Shown here: positions 8,019 to 16,725 of the stretch, piece by piece
How positions within the stretch are numbered: the stretch's first letter is position 1
Layout of the letters: each line of letters opens with the position of its first letter
DNA from: Minisyncoccota bacterium
GTDB taxonomy: Bacteria > Patescibacteriota > Minisyncoccia > UBA9983
Length of the DNA: 64,000 nt
Assembly (NCBI GenBank): GCA_041648395.1
Contig: JBAZPC010000001.1
Location: forward strand, 31,173 to 95,172
Direction of reading: 5' to 3'
Position numbers and translations under genes: made by a program
Notes under the pieces: model-generated
Told to the model about the DNA's origin: nothing
Databases searched by the model: none
Seen by the model: only the letters and a program-made list of their open reading frames with translations

Positions 8019-8795
8019 TTACTTCTCTGCAAGGAGTTTGTTGATGAGCTGAGCGTCTTTGTCCGCTATACCGTATTCGGAATTTAACACCGTGGCTTGA
8101 AGACGTTCCCGAAGTTCGACATCGTGACTCAACTGATCAGCAAACGTTACAAGTGCCTCCCTCGTTTCCTTCTTGTAGTTCTGGAGTTTGGTGTACACCA
8201 CGTTCCGAAAGAATATAACAAGATCAAGGTCAGAGGCGTTGAGGGAGTCAAACTTTGCTCGGTCAAGCTCGTAAGCGAGTTCGCGACGCATAGTAAACAT
8301 AAGTTCAAGATATGCCGATGAAGCTTCTTGAACCCGCCGTCCTCTTACCAACTCAACGAAACTTGATATTGCGGTACCTATCATGTCGCCCGAGAAGATT
8401 TTACAGCCGAACGATACGGTAACATTCTCGTCCGCGAGGTGAGTATTCTCCTTGATGAAGTTATTTACTTCATCTCCCAACATTAAGAAAAACTTGTTCA
8501 CGACCGATTGGTCAGTTGCTACTCCGATAGCAAAGATTTCTTCTCCCGAAGGAATCATGCAAAAGGATGGAATCGCTTTCGAGTGCCTCTTGATAAATCC
8601 GTACATGAACGCACCAATTAGGCGATTGTAGATGTCTACAAGATTCTCCGCCAATGGACGTCCATACCGCGAGACAAAGACCCCAAGGTTATCGAGGTCT
8701 CCAGTGACCCCGAACAGAAACATATCTTGGTCGCGGTCGTAGGTTTCAACAACTTTCAAAATTTTTCTGCTCCAAATACGCTGGTGCTTTTTCAT
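8019..8795 (-). CDS. Hypothetical protein, possibly a divergent GGDEF-like palm-domain (nucleotide cyclase-like) protein
   Basis: The ORF is 258 aa with a good SD (AAAGGAGATAAGTC). The segment FGVTGDLDNLGVFVSRYGRPLAENLV loosely aligns with the GGDEF metal-binding/beta1 region (LDxDxFKxxNDxxGHxxGDxxL). SGEEIFAIGVATD loosely aligns with R-Y-GGEEF-AVLLP. The assignment is tentative. Confidence 0.4.
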   Translation of the reverse strand: MKKHQRIWSRKILKVVETYDRDQDMFLFGVTGDLDNLGVFVSRYGRPLAENLVDIYNRLIGAFMYGFIKRHSKAIPSFCMIPSGEEIFAIGVATDQSVVNKFFLMLGDEVNNFIKENTHLADENVTVSFGCKIFSGDMIGTAISSFVELVRGRRVQEASSAYLELMFTMRRELAYELDRAKFDSLNASDLDLVIFFRNVVYTKLQNYKKETREALVTFADQLSHDVELRERLQATVLNSEYGIADKDAQLINKLLAEK

Positions 8796-8899
8796 GACTT
8801 ATCTCCTTTTTATGTATTATTTAATGTGCTATTTAAAAACCATCTCTAGAGTATATTATATTTTTTATTTCGTCAAATTATTCTAAAATAGATAAAATT

Positions 8900-8934
8900 T
8901 TGAAATTGCCGGTTAAAAATGTATAATAATTAAA
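8900..8934 (+). promoter_or_regulatory. Candidate sigma70-type promoter for rmuC (TTGAAA-16 nt-TATAAT) placing the transcription start at or just before the ATG, giving a leaderless or near-leaderless mRNA; it lies within a copy of the HK 3' end
   Basis: TTGAAA is at 8900-8905, TATAAT at 8922-8927 and the ATG at 8935. There is no SD. Confidence 0.4.
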
Positions 8935-9969
8935 ATGGACACGGCGCAGATAATTATAATTGCAGTGCTTGCGACGGTTGTCGTTTGGCTTTTGGCGACG
9001 CGCAAAAAAGAGGAGGAGGGCGACGGCAACGGCGCCATTTTGATGATGCAGGAACAGCTGAAGGAAATCAGGAATACCTTGGACACGAAAATGGGGGAGT
9101 CAACAAAGGCCGTTCAACATCAATTCAGTGAGAGCGCCAAAATTATCCGCGACGTCACGGAAAAACTCACAAAGCTTGACGAAACAAACAAGCAGGTTGT
9201 CGGCTTCGCCGATCAACTTCAAAATTTGCAGGATATTTTACAGAATCCGAAGCAGAGAGGAGTGCTGGGCGAATATTATTTGGAAACCGTGCTAAAAAAT
9301 GTCCTTCCGCCGGGCAGATTCCAAATGCAATATAAATTTTCTGATGGAGAAATCGTTGACGCCGTGATCTTTTTGGATAAAGATAAAATCTTGCCCATTG
9401 ATTCAAAGTTTTCTTTGGAAAATTATAATCGCATTCTGGGCGAGAGAAACGCAACTGAGCGGGAAAATTTTGAAAAAGCGTTCAAGCAGGATCTGAAAAA
9501 CAGAATTGACGAAACCTCAAAATACATCAGACCAAAAGAGGGGACGATGGATTTCGCTTTTATGTTTATTCCCTCGGAGGCGATTTATTACGACTTGCTA
9601 ATTAACCAAGTCGGCGCGGTAAAGACCAACACGCGCGATCTCATAGAATACGCGTTCCAGCAGAAGCATGTCATTATTGTTTCCCCCACGTCGTTTATGG
9701 CATATTTGCAGACAGTTTTGCAGGGATTGCGGGCGTTGCAGATAGAGGAATCGGCGAAAGAGATAAGGAAGAGAGTTGAGGAGCTCGGCAGGCATTTGGG
9801 CAACTATGAGCAGTTTATGAAAAAGCTTGGCGTGAATTTAACAACTACCGTCAACGCTTATAACGCGTCTTATAAAGAGCTGAATAAAATAGACAAAGAT
9901 GTCTTGCGCATCACCGGCGAAGCCGTCGGCATGGAACCAATGGCGCTTGACAAACCAGAGGAGGTTTGA
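8935..9969 (+). CDS. rmuC: DNA recombination protein RmuC
   Basis: N-terminal TM helix. The conserved RmuC core is QRGVLGEYYLETVLKNVLPPGRFQMQYKF...DAVIFLDKDKILPIDSKFSLENY...AFMFIPSEAIY. Confidence 0.85.
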   Translation: MDTAQIIIIAVLATVVVWLLATRKKEEEGDGNGAILMMQEQLKEIRNTLDTKMGESTKAVQHQFSESAKIIRDVTEKLTKLDETNKQVVGFADQLQNLQDILQNPKQRGVLGEYYLETVLKNVLPPGRFQMQYKFSDGEIVDAVIFLDKDKILPIDSKFSLENYNRILGERNATERENFEKAFKQDLKNRIDETSKYIRPKEGTMDFAFMFIPSEAIYYDLLINQVGAVKTNTRDLIEYAFQQKHVIIVSPTSFMAYLQTVLQGLRALQIEESAKEIRKRVEELGRHLGNYEQFMKKLGVNLTTTVNAYNASYKELNKIDKDVLRITGEAVGMEPMALDKPEEV

Positions 9970-10026
9970 TATACTATTTTTAGATTTAAAAATAAAAACT
10001 AAAACCAATTAAGAAGGAGGATTGAA

Positions 10027-10836
10027 ATGCTTATAAGATTATTTGGAGCAATCCAAAGGTATTTTGGAGCGCTGGCGCGGTTGCAGGAAGTTTTGTTGCC
10101 TTGTATAGTAAAGGCAATGGTGCACAAAAGAGAAAAATTGACCGCGAAAGAGGAACACGTACTGGATTTTTTTGCCCACTCCTCAATAGAAATGTTGACT
10201 AAGCGCCTTACTAAAAAAAGAGTGATGATTGCATTAGTGGGACTTGTGGGGTCTGGAAAAAGTTCAGTGGCACATGAACTTGCACCTGAAATAGGCGCAG
10301 CGGTGATTGAAGGAGACGCAATCCGCGTTTTTCTTCGCAAAGAAGGAGAAAGATATGATAAAGCAAGAAGAATAGCTGAAGATGCCGGTTTATATCTTCT
10401 GGGGCGCGGCGCCAACGTAATTTTTGACTCCGACCATATTGACCCTGCCAAGCGCGCGAGCTTGAAAGCCAAAGCGAAAGAAGTCGGCGCCGAGTTGATT
10501 TTTATCCGCACATTTACCGACAGCAACGACAATCCGCAAATTCCCGGCTATAATCTTGATGAGATGATAGGAAGGAATATGATTGCACCGCCCGATAAAT
10601 TTTTTAGTAAGGCATCGACGTCGTGGGAAGGGACTGCTCAGCAAAAAGGCTCCGTTGTTAAACTGCGCGAAATGATAAGGCGAATTCTTCACCATTATCG
10701 TTGGGTCAACGAAACTGGCGGCAGATTTATCCTCAGAAAACTTCCGTTCAAAATATTCGCGGAAATAAATACCATTAACCCAAAATGGGAGAAAGAGGTT
10801 AAAAAAATGGCCGAGAAAATTATTGAAAAGTTTTAG
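10027..10836 (+). CDS. P-loop NTPase / predicted kinase (AAA_33 or zeta-toxin-like fold)
   Basis: Walker A is GLVGSGKSS. SD AAGAAGGAGG lies 6 nt before the ATG. Confidence 0.6.
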   Translation: MLIRLFGAIQRYFGALARLQEVLLPCIVKAMVHKREKLTAKEEHVLDFFAHSSIEMLTKRLTKKRVMIALVGLVGSGKSSVAHELAPEIGAAVIEGDAIRVFLRKEGERYDKARRIAEDAGLYLLGRGANVIFDSDHIDPAKRASLKAKAKEVGAELIFIRTFTDSNDNPQIPGYNLDEMIGRNMIAPPDKFFSKASTSWEGTAQQKGSVVKLREMIRRILHHYRWVNETGGRFILRKLPFKIFAEINTINPKWEKEVKKMAEKIIEKF

Positions 10837-10847
10837 TTTATTTTTGT

Positions 10848-10884
10848 GAGGCAAGGTTGTTGCGAGATGACCTTGCCTTTTTTA
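10848..10884 (+). terminator. Rho-independent terminator
   Basis: Stem GAGGCAAGGT / ACCTTGCC followed by TTTTTT. Confidence 0.6.
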
Positions 10885-10910
10885 TTTTGTTCTGCTAAGA
10901 TATGAACATT

Positions 10911-11237
10911 ATGACAAAAATTGCGGTTATTATGACCGGCGGGAAGCAGTATGTGGTCAAGCCGGGGGATGTGTTAAATATTGAGAGAATTGCTGCCAAG
11001 AAAGACGGCAGTATTGATTTTGATAAAGTGCTTTTGACGGCCGACCCCGCCGATAGCGGGGCAAGTGGGATTAAAATCGGTACGCCGTTTGTTGCAGGAG
11101 CCAAGGTCTCCGCTAAAACGGAAGGCGAGATAAGAGGAAAGAAAACAATCGCCATGCGATATAAAGCAAAAACCCGCACCCAAACCAGAAAAGGCCATAG
11201 GCAAACCTATACCAGTATAAAAGTAGTTAGTATTTAG
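10911..11237 (+). CDS. rplU: 50S ribosomal protein L21
   Basis: MTKIAVIMTGGKQYVVKPGDVLNIERI matches the L21 N-terminus. The alternative start at 10902 is not excluded. Confidence 0.8.
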   Translation: MTKIAVIMTGGKQYVVKPGDVLNIERIAAKKDGSIDFDKVLLTADPADSGASGIKIGTPFVAGAKVSAKTEGEIRGKKTIAMRYKAKTRTQTRKGHRQTYTSIKVVSI

Positions 11238-11250
11238 TATCCAGTATTTT

Positions 11251-11880
11251 CTAACTCCTATTTTTTAGCGCGTTGTTTAATGTTTCGCTGTCTATGTATT
11301 CCAATTCGGTGCCAGTGGAAAGTCCGCGGCCGAGCTTTGATGTTTTTATTTCTTGTCCGCCTTTGGAGGATAATGGCTGTAAAATTTTCTCTATATAACG
11401 ACTAGTATTTTCGCCTTCTATTGTGGCGCTCAACGCCAAAATAATTTCCAGGGGCTCTCCCTGTACTGAGCTTTGTCGAAGCATTTCAAATAAGTCCTTG
11501 AAGCGCAACTCGCTGGCATTATTCTTTCCGTTCAATGAAATAGTTCCGCCCAAAATAAAATATTTTCCGTTGTAGACGCCTGTTTTTTCCAAATTATCTA
11601 AATCAACATTTTTTTCAACCACCATAAGCAGGGAAGAGTCGCGGTTCGGGCTTGAACATATACCGCATAACGGCGAACCGACGCCTGGCGTCAGTGATTC
11701 GTAAAAACGAAAACAGCTTGAACATTGCTTGGCGTTTTTTTTGATTTCCAAAATCGCCTCGGCAAGGGCGCTGGCGAAGTCCTTATTTTCGCCCGCTAAA
11801 AAATAAGCGAAACGCCTAGCTTGCCTCGGCCCAATGCCGGGAAATTTGAGAAAAAGTTCGGTCAGTTTTTCAAAAATCAT
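11251..11880 (-). CDS. recR: Recombination protein RecR
   Basis: HhH motif KFPGIGPRQARRFAYFL, C4 zinc finger CSSCFRFYESLTPGVGSPLCGICS, and a Toprim region. Confidence 0.9.
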   Translation of the reverse strand: MIFEKLTELFLKFPGIGPRQARRFAYFLAGENKDFASALAEAILEIKKNAKQCSSCFRFYESLTPGVGSPLCGICSSPNRDSSLLMVVEKNVDLDNLEKTGVYNGKYFILGGTISLNGKNNASELRFKDLFEMLRQSSVQGEPLEIILALSATIEGENTSRYIEKILQPLSSKGGQEIKTSKLGRGLSTGTELEYIDSETLNNALKNRS

Positions 11881-13235
11881 AAGTCGCCAAAGTCACCCTT
11901 TTCTATGTTCATAAAGCTGACTTTGTCAGGGTTGAAATAAAGCTGAAGTTTTCCTGTCGGTCCGTTTCTGTGTTTTTCAATAAGTATCTCGGCAATATTT
12001 TTCTTGTCTGAATTTTCATTATACATATCTTCTCTATAAATAAACATAACCACGTCCGCGTCTTGTTCAATACTTCCGGAATCCCGCAGGTCGTGGAGCT
12101 TTGGCCTTCTGTCGTGGCGCGATTCCACGGCTCTGGAAAGCTGCGAGATTGCTAAAATCGGCACGTCCAGTTCTTTTGCTAATCCCTTGAGCGAGCGGGA
12201 AATTTCCGTCATTTGCTGGACGAGGTTGTCTGTTTTTTGGCGGGGAACCATAAGGCCGAGATAATCCACAATCAAAAGCCCAAGCCCGTGCTCCGCTTGC
12301 ATTCTGCGCGCCATGGCGCGCATTTGCATAATGTTGTTGGATGCCTCGTCGTCAATAAAAAGAGGGATTTTGGAAAGCGTGTCCAAGGCATCGCTGATGC
12401 GTCGAAACTCATCATCCGTGGAGAGTCGGCCTGTGCGCAATTTCCATGAATCAACGTGCGCCTCCGCCGCCAAGAGGCGGTCAATGAGCTGTTGCGAGGA
12501 CATTTCCAAACTGAAGACGCCGACAGGGATGCCTTTTTTGGCGACATTTCTGGCAATATCCAAAGCCAAAGCGGTTTTTCCCATAGAAGGCCTGGCTGCC
12601 AAAATAATAAGGTCTGATTTTTGAAATCCAGCAAGCTTGTCATCAAGCTCGCGAAAACCGGACGGAATGCCGCGCATTTCTTCTTTTGATTTATGCAGGC
12701 GGTCAATTCTTTCCCACGCTTCCGTAAGAGCGGTTTTGATATTTTGAAATTTTTGTTTTATAGAATATCTGGCGATGCTGAATATCTTTTTTTCCGCCTC
12801 ATCAAGAAGGACTTCCACATCGTCTTCTTCCTGATAACCCAAATTTGAAATATGGCTTGAAGATTCTATTAAGTCCCTTAAAATTTTTTTCTTGCGCACA
12901 ATTTCCGCGTAATGTTTGGCGTTGGCGGAAGAAGGAGTGCTGTTCACGAGTTCGGTGAGATAGGAATTTCCTCCGATTTGCTTAAGTATCTTTTTTTCTT
13001 TTAGCCGAGAGGTGATAGAAAGAATATCTATGGGTTCCTTTTTTTTATAGAGGTCCAGCATGGCTTCGTAAATCTGCTCGTTTTTCTGGTCGTAAAAATC
13101 TTCCGCTTTTAAAATATCCACAATGACATTCATAATTTTGTGGTCAAGCATCAAAGAACCCAGAACCGAGCGTTCCATTTCAATATCCTGAGGCGGGATT
13201 CTAAGATTAGATTTAACGCTTTTCTCCGGCGACAT
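11877..13235 (-). CDS. dnaB: Replicative DNA helicase DnaB
   Basis: N-terminal PPQDIEMERSVLGSLML. Walker A is AARPSMGKTALALDIA. The RecA-like core is H1a-H4. The start was chosen at MSPEK; the track ORF extends to 13271. Confidence 0.9.
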   Translation of the reverse strand: MSPEKSVKSNLRIPPQDIEMERSVLGSLMLDHKIMNVIVDILKAEDFYDQKNEQIYEAMLDLYKKKEPIDILSITSRLKEKKILKQIGGNSYLTELVNSTPSSANAKHYAEIVRKKKILRDLIESSSHISNLGYQEEDDVEVLLDEAEKKIFSIARYSIKQKFQNIKTALTEAWERIDRLHKSKEEMRGIPSGFRELDDKLAGFQKSDLIILAARPSMGKTALALDIARNVAKKGIPVGVFSLEMSSQQLIDRLLAAEAHVDSWKLRTGRLSTDDEFRRISDALDTLSKIPLFIDDEASNNIMQMRAMARRMQAEHGLGLLIVDYLGLMVPRQKTDNLVQQMTEISRSLKGLAKELDVPILAISQLSRAVESRHDRRPKLHDLRDSGSIEQDADVVMFIYREDMYNENSDKKNIAEILIEKHRNGPTGKLQLYFNPDKVSFMNIEKGDFGDL

Positions 13236-14640
13236 ACGGGTATAATAACACACCTTTGGCGGTGTCTTCAACCTCGTAGCCCTTTTGCCTTATTTTCTCA
13301 CGGAGTTTATCCGCTTCAGCCCAGTTTTTGGCCTTTCGCGCTTGTTCGCGTTTTTCGGCGAGGGCTACAATTTCTTTTGGTGTTTTTGCTTGTTTTGTTT
13401 TTGATTTAAACGCGTCTTTTAATTTTAATCCTAAGACCTTGTCAAAATCTAAAATAGTAGTCAGTTTTGAGTAGTCAGTAGTCAGACGAGATTTTAATAA
13501 TTCCTGAACAATAGCCAACGCTTTGGGGGTATTCAGGTCGTCATTAATAGCGTCTAAAAATTTTTCTTTAAACTTTTTATCAACTTTTTTGTTAGCTGAA
13601 AGCTGAAAGCCCGCCTTGCCGTCGGGCAGGCTGAAAGCTGAAAGCTGGTTATATAAATTTTCCAGCCCCTTTTCCGCCGCCTCTAACGACTTCCATGTAA
13701 AATTTAATTTTGAGCGATAATGAGAAGTTAGAATAAGGTAACGAAAGGCAAGCAGATTTATTTTTTTGTTTTCCAAATCGCGGAGCGTAAAAATATTGCC
13801 GAGCGACTTTGACATTTTTTGCCCGTCAACCAAAAGATGCTCTCCATGAACCCAATATTTAGAAAATGTTTTTCCGGTCGCGCCTTCGGATTGGGCTATT
13901 TCGTTTTCGTGGTGGGGGAATATCAAATCAACCGCGCCAGCATGAATATCTAATGTCTTACCGAGATATTTCATGCTCATCGCCGAACATTCAATGTGCC
14001 AGCCCGGCCGGCCCTTGCCCCTAGGGTGACCCGGGCTAGTCCATGGACTTGGCCACGACGGCTCGTTTGGTTTTGCCGATTTCCATAAAACAAAGTCCCG
14101 CGCCTGTTTCTTATTGTATTCATCGGCGGATATTCTCGCGCCAATTTTTATCTCGCGTTTTTTAAGCTGCGACAGCTTTCCGTAATTCTTGAATTTTTTA
14201 ATGCTGAAATAAATTGACCCGTCTTCTCCTCGGTAGGCAATTCTTTTCGTGAGCAATTTCTTTGTTATATCAATCATTTCTTTGATATGTCCGGTGGCCT
14301 TGGGATAAAATTCCACTTTTTCTATGTTTAGTTTTTTCAGGTCTTCAAAAAATATTTTCGTATATGGTTTGGTGACAGTATATATATCCTTCCCTTCTGC
14401 TTGCGCTTTTTTAATAATTTTATCTTCTATATCTGTAATGTTCATGGCCTGCTTTACTTGATAGTCGTTGAATTTCAAAACACGGCGCAAAATATCTTCA
14501 AAAATGTAAGTGCGTAAATTGCCGATGTGCGCGAAATCATAAACAGTCGGCCCGCAAGTATACATGCCGACTTTGCCTTTTTTTATCGGCTTAAAAATTT
14601 CTTTTTTGAGAGAAAGTGTGTTGTATATTTTTACAGCCAT
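13213..14640 (-). CDS. cysS: Cysteinyl-tRNA synthetase
   Basis: MYTCGPTVYDFAHIGN (HIGH motif), KMSKSLGN, and a conserved class I CysRS N-terminus. Confidence 0.9.
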   Translation of the reverse strand: MAVKIYNTLSLKKEIFKPIKKGKVGMYTCGPTVYDFAHIGNLRTYIFEDILRRVLKFNDYQVKQAMNITDIEDKIIKKAQAEGKDIYTVTKPYTKIFFEDLKKLNIEKVEFYPKATGHIKEMIDITKKLLTKRIAYRGEDGSIYFSIKKFKNYGKLSQLKKREIKIGARISADEYNKKQARDFVLWKSAKPNEPSWPSPWTSPGHPRGKGRPGWHIECSAMSMKYLGKTLDIHAGAVDLIFPHHENEIAQSEGATGKTFSKYWVHGEHLLVDGQKMSKSLGNIFTLRDLENKKINLLAFRYLILTSHYRSKLNFTWKSLEAAEKGLENLYNQLSAFSLPDGKAGFQLSANKKVDKKFKEKFLDAINDDLNTPKALAIVQELLKSRLTTDYSKLTTILDFDKVLGLKLKDAFKSKTKQAKTPKEIVALAEKREQARKAKNWAEADKLREKIRQKGYEVEDTAKGVLLYPYVAGEKR

Positions 14641-15554
14641 CTTTTGCTTTTGAAAAAGAAAAACATAACCGTCGTTGCCATTGCCATAATTCCTATCACT
14701 ATCCAGAAGTCGCCAGGAGTTCCAACTATCGGCGTGAATTTGGTATCCATGCTAAAAAGTCCGGCAAAAAGCATGAGAGGAAAAGTGAGAAACGCCACGA
14801 TTGTAAAGGTCTTCATAATTTCGTTTGACCTATGCGAGAGAAGGGAGTCAACCGTTTCCTGCAGCGATTCAATTGTTTCTCTATATCCGCCAGCAATGTT
14901 CCAAATTTTGTAGTATTCTCCAATAATATTACTCAAATAATGGTCAAAGCCGTCTTTGAAAAAACTTTTGCAGGCGTGGTCAAGGGAGATAAAAACTTCC
15001 TTGTGAGGGTGAATAATTCTTCTGAAATCAAGAATATCCCTCCTTGTGTGAGAAATTTTTCTTACTAAATCGTATTGGGCACCTTTTCCTTTTTCAAACA
15101 TTCTTTGTTCAATGTCGGCAATTTTTGCCTGAACGGTATCTAATTGTTTCAAAGAAAAATCGTATAATTGCCTGACGATATAAAACATTAATATTCCGGT
15201 GTTTTTCGTCAGATATCTTTCACCTAGCATGGCGTCCGCTTCAAATATCTTTGTCATTTCATAAAGAGGCGGAATGGTTTTGTAATGAGTGGTGATGAGA
15301 AAGTTTTTCCCAACAACAAAATCAATCTCGCAATCGCTATAACTGCGCGTGGTGTTGTCAAAAATAGGGAAATGAATGACAAGATAAATAAATTCCTCAA
15401 AGACGTCTACTTTGGCCCTAAAAGTCGGCTTCAAAAGTTCGTTGGCCACGAGGGGATGAATTGAATATTTGTGCATTATCTGTTTAACCTCGTCGTTTGT
15501 CGGGTTTTCCAAATCAATCCAACTCAATTTTTTGTGTTTAAACGTGGAAATCAT
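14631..15554 (-). CDS. corA: CorA-family magnesium/cobalt transporter
   Basis: CorA N-terminal cytoplasmic domain. Two C-terminal TM helices carry a GMN-like loop (FSMDTKF). Confidence 0.75.
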   Translation of the reverse strand: MISTFKHKKLSWIDLENPTNDEVKQIMHKYSIHPLVANELLKPTFRAKVDVFEEFIYLVIHFPIFDNTTRSYSDCEIDFVVGKNFLITTHYKTIPPLYEMTKIFEADAMLGERYLTKNTGILMFYIVRQLYDFSLKQLDTVQAKIADIEQRMFEKGKGAQYDLVRKISHTRRDILDFRRIIHPHKEVFISLDHACKSFFKDGFDHYLSNIIGEYYKIWNIAGGYRETIESLQETVDSLLSHRSNEIMKTFTIVAFLTFPLMLFAGLFSMDTKFTPIVGTPGDFWIVIGIMAMATTVMFFFFKSKRWL

Positions 15555-15583
15555 AACGTTTTTATTATAGCATAGGACTGCAA

Positions 15584-16684
15584 ATGTTTGAAATTAAAAA
15601 AAGGCATAAAAAGGCGCGGCTGGGGATTTTAACGACGCCCCACGGCAAAATTCAGACGCCGAATCTGGCTTTTGTGGCAACTCACGGAAATATAAGGATT
15701 CTGGACAAAAAAGAACAAAAAACAGCCGGACCAGATTTGATAATAGCCAACACTTTTCATCTTTGGGTGAATAAAAAAGTCGGCGAAATAAAAAAGGCCG
15801 GAGGAATCCATAAATGGAACGGATTAAAAATTCCGACAATGACCGACAGCGGGGGTTTCCAGGTGTTTAGCTTGGGATGGGGGAAAACCCACAACATAGG
15901 AAAAGTTAAATCTAAAATCTCAAACATCAAAACTGACGGTAAATCGCAAGTGAAAATAAACAATAACGGCGTGGTTTTTGAATATGACGGCAAAAAATAC
16001 GAACTGACGCCGGAAAAATCAATCAAGCTTCAGCGCGACATCGGCGCCGATATTATTTTTGTTTTTGACGAATGCACTTCGCCTTTGCACGATTTTGCTT
16101 ACAATAAAAAATCTTTAAAGAGGACACACAGGTGGGCCAAGCAGTCGTTATCGGCGCATAAAAGATTTATGATTCATGATTCAAGATACAAGCAACAACT
16201 TTTCGGCATAGTGCAAGGGGGCGTTTATGAAAAATTAAGAAAGGAGTCGTCAAAATTTGTCGGCGCGCTTGATTTTGACGGCTTCGGTATCGGCGGTTCG
16301 TTCGGAGAAAAACAGATGGGAATGGTCTTGGAATGGGCGTTGAGCGGTTTGCCGGAGGAAAAACCGCGCCACCTGCTTGGCATTGGCAAAATAAAAGATA
16401 TTTTTATCGCAGTAGAAAAGGGGATAGACCTTTTTGACTGCGCCATTCCCACGCGCGAAGCAAGGCACGGGGCCATTTACACAAAAGACGGAAAAATAAA
16501 TTATAGGAAAAAAGGAATGAAATTTCACAACATTTACAAAAAAGACAAAATCAAAGCGATGAAACTCGCCACGATTCATAACATCAAATTTTACAAGGAA
16601 TTATTCAGCGAAATTCGCAAAACAATAAGAAAGGGCAAAAACCTAAGCGCCTTGAAAAAAGAATATAAAGGGTGTATCATTTAG
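15584..16684 (+). CDS. tgt: Queuine/archaeosine tRNA-guanine transglycosylase
   Basis: IIANTFHLW...PTMTDSGGFQVFSLG...DCAIPTREARHG matches the Tgt catalytic core. Confidence 0.85.
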   Translation: MFEIKKRHKKARLGILTTPHGKIQTPNLAFVATHGNIRILDKKEQKTAGPDLIIANTFHLWVNKKVGEIKKAGGIHKWNGLKIPTMTDSGGFQVFSLGWGKTHNIGKVKSKISNIKTDGKSQVKINNNGVVFEYDGKKYELTPEKSIKLQRDIGADIIFVFDECTSPLHDFAYNKKSLKRTHRWAKQSLSAHKRFMIHDSRYKQQLFGIVQGGVYEKLRKESSKFVGALDFDGFGIGGSFGEKQMGMVLEWALSGLPEEKPRHLLGIGKIKDIFIAVEKGIDLFDCAIPTREARHGAIYTKDGKINYRKKGMKFHNIYKKDKIKAMKLATIHNIKFYKELFSEIRKTIRKGKNLSALKKEYKGCII

Positions 16685-16725
16685 TTTAGGTTTTTGAATA
16701 TTAACAACAAAATAGGAGGTTGAAA

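Noticed and set aside
2300-9100. Integrase, transposase or recombinase that could explain the cassette hotspot
   Set aside because: I read all ORFs in and around the region. None has tyrosine/serine recombinase or DDE motifs. The mobility mechanism is therefore unresolved and is not claimed.
10027-10836. P-loop kinase as a zeta-toxin of a toxin-antitoxin pair
   Set aside because: No small antitoxin-like gene sits upstream. It abuts rmuC with its own SD. This is insufficient evidence for a TA module.
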